Assembly (NCBI RefSeq): GCF_006345805.1
Contig: NW_021830258.1
Coordinates: 1-5,015, forward strand
Source: Octopus sinensis
Taxonomy: Eukaryota
Direction: 5' to 3'
DNA: 5,015 bases
Each line of letters begins with the position of its first letter. Within the stretch, counting starts at the first letter, position 1. Under the pieces are notes generated by a model. The model worked only from the letters and a program-made list of their open reading frames with translations, did not search any database and was not told where the DNA came from. Positions 1-5,015 of the stretch are shown here, one piece after another. The position numbers and the translations under genes were made by a program.

Positions 1-13
1 TATATATATATAT
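1..13. repeat. (TA)n microsatellite, probably truncated by window start
   Basis: TATATATATATAT at 1-13. Confidence 0.9.
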
Positions 14-143
14 TTTTTTAAAGTTTGAGTGCTAGTTCGTCCTTTAATTGGAGTAATTTCTGAAGACTTCTAACATTGTTTGTTCATACTTTACTTTTGA
101 ATTTCTTAGTGTAAATTAGTGTAGATTTGAAAACTTATAAAGA

Positions 144-1156
144 AATATTAAGTATATGATCTAATTTATTGAACACAGTTCAACAAATCCATTCATATTT
201 ATGTAAATTGAGGTGATTAGATGTTAAAATGGATTATGAGTTTTATTACTCATGCTGCTATACGAATTTGTTTCGTACAGAAAACCACAGATATTCATAA
301 CAGAGAATCTGACTTATCAGAAAGTACTCATCTGTAGCTTGGATAAAAACTAAAATGTGCGTAGGTTTGGTGTTAGTAACCATGTAATAATGTGTCCTTG
401 TTCTTTGAGCCATGTCTATTTTAAACAGGACTAAAAAATATAAATTGGGTGTGAATAAATATAATAATAGCCTTAAAATATTAAAGGCTGATATTCTCTC
501 TATGAATCTGTATACGTGTGTTTATTTCAACTTTTTTCTATGAATATTAGACCTATTATTTACAATAAATATTTCAATTATAAATTTTATAAACCTGAAA
601 TTAATAGTGATTACTATTAAATATTTTTTTCTAATGGTAATTGACAGTTAAATACAAATATTCATTTTTTTGCATTTAAAAATTCTTTACTTCCTTATTT
701 CGATTTCCTGTCCTAACAAAATACAACCTCATCAGGTAATTTACTTCATTTACAGAAGTTTAAATAAGCACATATATAGAAATTCGTAAAGAGAATTCCA
801 GCTTTTAATATTTTTAATATTATTATTATATATATTAGCACCGAATTTGTATTTTTTTTAGTTTTGTTTAAAATAGACATGACTCCAAGAACAATAATAC
901 ATTACAACATGACTACTAGCCCCAAACCTATGTATTTCTAGCGTCATTCTAGTATTTATCCAAGCTACAGATGAGCACTTTCTGACAACTCAGATTTTCT
1001 ATTATGAATATATGTGTCTTTCTGTACGAAACAAATTGTATAGCAACATGAGTAATAAAAAGTATAATCTATTTTAACATCTATTCTCTTCCATTTACAT
1101 AAATATAAATGAATTTGTTGAACTGTGTTTTATAAGATAAGCGTATACTTAATATT
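144..1156. mobile_element. Long inverted-repeat (foldback / non-autonomous DNA transposon-like) element: arms ~144-544 and ~745-1156, ~200 bp spacer
   Basis: Left arm matches the reverse complement of the right arm colinearly, e.g. CATCTGTAGCTTGGATAAA (329-347) vs TTTATCCAAGCTACAGATG (955-973); AATATTAAGTATA (144-156) vs TATACTTAATATT (1144-1156). Hand alignment: 164/186 identical for 172-357 vs 945-1129; ~147/187 for 361-544 vs ~745-930. The inverted repeat is certain; transposon origin is inferred. Confidence 0.8.
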
Positions 1157-1157
1157 C

Positions 1158-1179
1158 ATATATATATATATATATATAT

Positions 1180-1215
<36 letters not shown>
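1158..1215. repeat. (TA)n microsatellite with one G interruption at 1181
   Basis: Direct reading; abuts the right end of the large inverted repeat. Confidence 0.97.
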
Positions 1216-1217
<2 letters not shown>

Positions 1218-1306
1218 TAGTAAGGAACATAATTCCAAACTTACAGGGAAAAATTCAATTTAGCAATTCTAAATCGAATTTCACAATATATGATACATAT
1301 ATATGA

Positions 1307-1519
1307 TTAAGAGAAATAACCTCTATTAAGCAATTCAGTAGTGAAAGACATTATCCATATTATATAGAAAAAAATTAAATATACTATCATAAATATTATT
1401 CAAAAAATCAATTAATCAAATAAACATTAAATTGACTACGCGTATATTAAAATTTTTTCTATATAATATAGATAATATATTTCACTATTGAATTGCTTAA
1501 TACAGGTTATTTCTCTTAA
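1307..1519. mobile_element. MITE-like hairpin element: 78 bp inverted arms (1307-1384, 1442-1519), 57 bp spacer, TTAA at both outer ends
   Basis: TTAAGAGAAATAACCTCTATTAAGCAATTCAG... matches the reverse complement of ...TTGAATTGCTTAATACAGGTTATTTCTCTTAA; 71/78 identical by hand count with no gaps. Confidence 0.8.
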
Positions 1520-1534
1520 GTATATACATTTATA

Positions 1535-1539
1535 TAGAT

Positions 1540-1630
<91 letters not shown>

Positions 1631-1682
1631 CAGATAGATATATGTATGTATGTATATATATACATATATATATATATATATA
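1535..1682. repeat. Compound microsatellite: (GATA)n 1535-1640 followed by (TGTA)/(TA)n 1641-1682
   Basis: About 26 GATA units with a GAAA and a GACA variant, then a TA-rich run. Confidence 0.97.
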
Positions 1683-1819
1683 GGCTCTCTCTTGGGAGGT
1701 TCATACACCAATAATATTATTGGCATGAAATTATTACACACATATATTCACATGTAATATAGTGTTACATATTGTATTGACATAAAAATCTTCGATAAAC
1801 TAATATTATTCTTGCAATT

Positions 1820-2046
1820 AAGGCGGTGAGCTGGCAGAATCGTTAAGAAGCCACAGTGAAATGCTTTGCGGCATTTCGTCCCTCCGTACGTTCCGAGTTC
1901 AAAGTCCGCTGAGTTCGACTTTGCCTTTCATCTTTTCGGGCTCGATAAAATTAGTACCATTCGAGCACCGGGGTCGATTTAATTGATTTGCACCATCCTT
2001 GAAATTGCTAGCCTTGTGCCATCATTTGAAATATGAAATCAATATT
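1820..2046 (+). mobile_element. tRNA-derived SINE, family A, copy 1
   Basis: Head AAGGCGGTGAGCTGGCAGAATCGTTA (A-box-like), B-box-like GAGTTCAAAGTCC (1895-1907), body GACTTTGCCTTTCATC..GGGGTCGAT, 3' end TTGTGCC..TTTGAAA. Colinear with three other copies in this window. Confidence 0.88.
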
Positions 2047-2058
2047 ACTCTTACAATT

Positions 2059-2263
2059 AGGGCGGTGATCTAGGGCAATCGTTAGCACGCCGGCCAAAAT
2101 GCTTAACAACATTTCGTCCGTTCTTACATTCTGAGTTCAAATTCTGCCGAGGACCACTTCATCCTTACCGGATCGATAAAACAAGTCTTAGTTGAGTATT
2201 GAGATCGATGTAATCGACTTAACCCTTTCCGTGAAATTGCTGGCCTTGTGCCAAAATTGGAAA
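2059..2263 (+). mobile_element. tRNA-derived SINE, family A, copy 2 (tandem with copy 1)
   Basis: AGGGCGGTGATCT..AATCGTTAGCACGCCGG, GAGTTCAAATTC B-box-like motif, short internal deletion near 2153-2160, ends CCTTGTGCCAAAATTGGAAA. Confidence 0.88.
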
Positions 2264-2391
2264 GGTGTACAGGGCCACACGTTTCACACCAATACTCTAT
2301 GTTCTCATTTAGGTTTTGCTGAGAGCCCCTTCGAAGCCGGCTCTTTAGGCTTTCGTGCTCAAGGCGATGCCCTTCAAAATTTTACATTCCT

Positions 2392-2516
2392 TATACATAC
2401 AGACACACACATATACATAGATATATACATACATATATGCATATGCACACTCATATTTGTATATTTATATATATATATTCATATATGTATGTATATATAT
2501 ATGTGTGTGTGTGTGT
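2392..2516. repeat. Cryptic AC/AT/GT simple-sequence tract with inverted symmetry
   Basis: (AC)/(TACA)-rich left half and (TGTA)/(GT)-rich right half. Confidence 0.9.
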
Positions 2517-2537
2517 AATATAAATATATTATAAAGA

Positions 2538-2601
2538 GACACAGACAAACAGACAGACAGACAAACAGACAGACAAACAGACAGACATACAGACAGACAG
2601 A
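2538..2601. repeat. (GACA)n microsatellite with AACA/TACA variants
   Basis: Direct reading. Confidence 0.95.
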
Positions 2602-2727
2602 TCATCTCTGTGTCTAGCCAAATGTCTAGCCATTTCTAAATCTAGCCAACACTATTGAAATTTCAGCTTTTGTAGAACCGATATTTCATATTGTAATTAT
2701 TTTTCAATATTGCCCTGCATTCGAATA

Positions 2728-2788
2728 TGATAATAATAAAAATGATAATAATAGTAATAATAATAACAACAACAACAACAACAACAAT
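2728..2788. repeat. Compound (AAT)n-(AAC)n microsatellite
   Basis: Imperfect AAT run 2728-2766 then AAC run to 2787. Confidence 0.95.
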
Positions 2789-3072
2789 ATAACATTGGCA
2801 CACTGCCACACATTTGGAATTCTTGTGGTTTTAATTGGTTTAATCTATTTCACTATTTTACTTGTAACTATTTTATCGATCCCAAATTTGAATTCGTTGT
2901 AGAGTGAGAGGAGTTTAACACCAGTAAGTTTTTCGACTCACGCTATAACAGTTCGGTTACTCTCGATTCTTTTATTTCTCAATCATCTAATTAATAATTA
3001 ATTACTAACATAAACACAAGACCACGTAATTATTGAAAGACGTTATAATTGATCAAATCATTCACTTGGGAC

Positions 3073-3294
3073 AAGGCGGTGAGCTGGTAGAAACGTCAGC
3101 ACGCCGGGCAAGTTGTTTAGCGGCATTCCGTCTGTCTTTCTGTTTTCAGTTCAAATTCCATCGAGTTCGACATTGCCTTTCATCCTTTCGGAGTCGATGA
3201 AATAATTACCACATGAGCTCTGGTTGATGTAATCGACAGACAAACCTCTCGCTAGAGTTGCTGTTCATGTACCAAATTTTGAAACCAATATTAT
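3073..3294 (+). mobile_element. tRNA-derived SINE, family A, copy 3
   Basis: AAGGCGGTGAGCTGG..AGCACGCCGGGC, CAGTTCAAATTCC, TTGCCTTTCATCCTTTCGG, GATGTAATCGAC, ends CCAAATTTTGAAACCAATATTAT. Confidence 0.88.
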
Positions 3295-3395
3295 CCACCC
3301 AGAACACTATTGGTATACTTTTTATGAACTCACGGATAGATGAAAGACAAAATTGTTTCTTGGCAAGTTTTAAGCTTTTAAAATAGCGTGATGTA

Positions 3396-3620
3396 AAGGT
3401 AATGAGCTGACAGAATCGGTAGCACACCGGGCAAAATGTTTAGCGACACTCTGTCTGTCTTCACGTTCTAAGTTCAAATCCTGCCGAGGCCGACTTTGAC
3501 TTTCATCTTTTCGGGAACGATCAAATAAGTGCACACCGAACACTAGGGTCGATGTGATCGATTGATCCCCTCCTATACACTAAAATGACTTGCTTTGTGT
3601 CAAAATTTGAAACCAATATT
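3396..3620 (+). mobile_element. tRNA-derived SINE, family A, copy 4
   Basis: AAGGTAATGAGCTGACAGAATCGGTAGCACACCGGGC, AAGTTCAAATCC, GACTTTGACTTTCATC, GGGTCGATGTGATCGA, ends CAAAATTTGAAACCAATATT. Confidence 0.88.
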
Positions 3621-3635
3621 TTGTGATATAACTAA

Positions 3636-3945
3636 CTCATCAGCCAATAGTCAAGTGTTCTTCCTGGGTCACTAAAATGCCCCAGTTCCCTCTCTGTTAT
3701 ACTGCATGCATACAAACAGCCATGTTTTTATTTCCAGTTCATATTTTGATGTCATAAGTCTACAATTTTCTGTGAGTGCCCCTTGCACTCTTTCCCTGCA
3801 CAATTTCTGTCAGGATACTCATGCGCAATTACTCCTGGCGTATGTCTAAAGTATGAGAGCTTTGTGAATTTGGTTCTCGACAATAACGGAAGCCATTTTG
3901 TTGTTTTAGTGATTCTAATAATCCACCGGTTTTTAACCAAATTTC
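3636..3945 (-). mobile_element. Decayed 3' fragment of an RTE-clade LINE (reverse transcriptase C-terminal region), with stops and a frameshift
   Basis: Minus-strand translation: LLSRTKFTKLSYFRH (to 3842), frameshift, then RQE*LRMSILTEIVQGKSARGTHRKL*TYDIKI*TGNKNMAVCMHAV*QRGNWGILV, ending TGATGA at ~3637-3642. This follows the generic RTE ORF end as I recall it (KLxYFGH..IL..xxEGKRxRGRxRKRWxDxIKxWTG..A.DR..W..LV); two stops sit at expected Trp positions. Motif recognition only, no search run. Confidence 0.72.
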
Positions 3946-3949
3946 CGAA

Positions 3950-4263
3950 GGTGCGTTGCATCGTCGTTAGAGTGTTGAGCATCAAATCTTGAAGTAGTCA
4001 GTTCTAATTTCAGACCGGGTGGGGCGATGTGTCCATTATTAAGATGTTTTCATTTTATGTTGCTCAATTTACCCAACAACTAAATGGAGTACCAACAGTA
4101 TTTTTGGTTCCAGACATGCACCGGACTGGCGTCCTGTCCAAGAGAGTTCTTGCAGAGAAGAAATATCGACCACCCGAGGCTTTATTTCCGCTTACAGGAT
4201 AATTAGCATAATAGAGTTGCCCATTAGCTTCAACTTGATGATGATGATGATGATGATGCTGCT

Positions 4264-4294
<31 letters not shown>

Positions 4295-4310
4295 ATGGCA
4301 ACGATGATGA
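3950..4310 (+). mobile_element. Degenerate tRNA-derived SINE, family B, with CORE-like central segment and (TGA)n tail
   Basis: tRNA-like head GGTGCGTTGCATCGTCGTTAGAGTGTTG...GTAGTCAGTTCTAATTTCAGACCGGG (decayed A box ~3956-3966, B box ~4001-4011), then TGTGTCC..TTTT..ATGTTGCTC..ACCCA..TAAATGGAGTACC resembling SINE central domains, GGACTGGCGTCCTGTCCA, and a TGA-repeat tail. The 3' boundary is inferred. Confidence 0.62.
4236..4295. repeat. Compound trinucleotide repeat (TGA)7(TGC)6(TGA)7
   Basis: 4236-4256 TGA x7, 4257-4274 TGC x6, 4275-4295 TGA x7; degenerate continuation to 4310. Confidence 0.97.
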
Positions 4311-4395
4311 TTCAAAAATCAACAATCGTTATTGTTATAATTACAGTGCCATACACAAAGAAAGAAAACATTGCTTGGCTGTAGTTTTTATAATA

Positions 4396-4466
4396 GTTGT
4401 TGTTTAGCCTCAAACAAGCGGATCTATGACGAACAACACTCCAGCTGTGAGTATCCTGCCTTTCTT
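4396..4466 (-). mobile_element. Possible decayed 3' end of another retroposon with (AAC)n tail on the minus strand
   Basis: GTTGTTGTTTAGCC..GATCTATGA..CACTCCAGCTGTGAGTATCCTGCCTTT recalls the reverse complement of a repeat end I associate with octopus DNA; memory-based only, no second copy in the window. Confidence 0.3.
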
Positions 4467-4683
4467 GAATATCACCGACCTACTATATATTGTCTAATGC
4501 ATCCATTTTTGTTGTTGTTATTTAACGGGGTAGCATGTCATAATAACGGGGAGTTTTAGCTGTTATTTTTAGCAAGTTAATGATCCTGCGGAAAAGGCAC
4601 TCACTTTTGCTGTGTAGTAACACTTGATTATGGCACGTCGATATTTCTGGTGCTTTAAGCTACAAAAAAATATTTTAAATAAT

Positions 4684-5015
4684 GAACGCGGCGTGGGCTG
4701 TTTGGTAAGAAGCTTGCTTCCCAACCACATGGTTCAGGGGTCAATACCACTGCGTGTCATAATAGCGTCGGACAGATCAAAGCCTTGTGAATAGATTTCA
4801 TAGAAGGAAACTGAAAGAAGACCGTCAGAGAATTAATATTATTATGATAATTATGTTATATTATTAGACAGTTGTATATATGTGTATATGTGTGTGTTTA
4901 TGTGTGCGTGTGTGTGTGTGTATTTGTGTGTTTGTGTCTGTCTCCACTCCACCCTCAGCATTGATTGACACTAGGTGGTGATGTGTTTACGTCCCCGTAA
5001 ACACGCGGCTTTGGC
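4684..5015 (+). mobile_element. tRNA-derived SINE, family C, with internal microsatellite; continues past window end
   Basis: Head GCGTGGGCTGTTTGGTAAGAAGCTTGCTTCCCAACCACATGGTTCAGGGGTCAATACCACTGCG (A-box-like TGG..TGG, decayed B box 4737-4748), AAAGCCTTGTGA..GGAAACTGAAAGAAG, internal TA/TG tract, then GTGTTTACGTCCCCGTAA; matches my recollection of a high-copy octopus SINE. Confidence 0.8.
4873..4940. repeat. Imperfect (TG)n/(TA)n tract inside SINE family C
   Basis: Direct reading. Confidence 0.92.

Noticed and set aside
14-143. Extension of the large inverted repeat to 14-143 vs 1216-1290
   Set aside because: Only a patchy match (TTGAATTT..GTAA) in very AT-rich sequence; not colinear enough to accept by eye.
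539-549. TATGAATATTA as an 11 bp inverted match to 1150-1160 (nested TA-flanked element)
   Set aside because: Almost all A/T, with similar words at 501 and 1003; no independent support.
590-633. 8 bp hairpin TTAATAGT-GATT-ACTATTAA (601-620) and resemblance of this spacer region to the small hairpin arm
   Set aside because: Short, nearly all A/T, needs gaps; off-centre in the spacer and compatible with chance.
1436-1741. Minus-strand ORFs 1436..1741 and 1516..1704 (YLSI/IYLS repeats)
   Set aside because: Translation of (GATA)n/(TA)n, which lacks stops in these frames; no protein-like content.
2192-2518. 108 aa + strand ORF
   Set aside because: Starts at a non-ATG codon inside SINE copy 2 and ends in a microsatellite.
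2795-2809. NFI-like site TTGGC-N5-GCCAC
   Set aside because: Single imperfect motif with no promoter context.
2915-2970. Possible very old tRNA-SINE head (TTCGACTCACG..TCGATTC)
   Set aside because: Too degenerate; no A box or downstream body recognisable.
3206-3427. 73 aa minus-strand ORF
   Set aside because: Antisense across SINE copy 3, the spacer and the head of copy 4; no recognisable domain.
1820-3620. Repeat-spacer pattern as CRISPR array, or SINE heads as real tRNA genes
   Set aside because: Repeats are ~220 bp, diverged and irregularly spaced with no cas genes; heads have decayed boxes and no intact cloverleaf.
3752-3992. ORFs 3752..3985 (-) and 3783..3992 (+) as genes
   Set aside because: The minus ORF carries only part of the RTE motif and begins in the antisense of SINE B; the plus ORF is its antisense shadow. 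Neither is an intact CDS.
4064-4315. Poly-His/poly-Gln ORF suggestive of a transcription factor
   Set aside because: Arises from the (TGA)/(TGC) repeat; the remainder is antisense SINE-like sequence.
4371-4559. 62 aa + strand ORF
   Set aside because: Non-ATG start, short, no motif recognised.
4448-4604. Short inverted matches to the RTE region (TGAGTATCCTG 4448-4458 vs 3811-3821; GGCACTCAC 4596-4604 vs 3772-3780) and TAACGGGG direct repeat (4523, 4544)
   Set aside because: 9-11 bp words with inconsistent spacing and no extension; expected occasionally by chance in 5 kb.

Overview
Non-coding, strongly AT-rich eukaryotic DNA made almost entirely of repeats; I find no credible intact gene. The SINE families and the (TA)n/(GATA)n/(GACA)n/(AAC)n/(TGA)n microsatellites resemble octopod (cephalopod) genomic DNA; this is recognition from memory, not a search result. 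Contents: a ~1.0 kb foldback element with ~400 bp inverted arms (144-1156); a ~210 bp TTAA-bounded hairpin element (1307-1519); four co-oriented copies of one tRNA-derived SINE in two pairs (1820-2263, 3073-3620); a decayed RTE-type LINE reverse-transcriptase C-terminus on the minus strand (3636-3945); two further tRNA-derived SINEs of other families (3950-4310, 4684-end). The supplied ORFs are mostly repeat artefacts; one (3752..3985) overlaps the RTE fossil. The two foldback elements are the best candidates for something uncatalogued, but nothing here demonstrates a new biological system.
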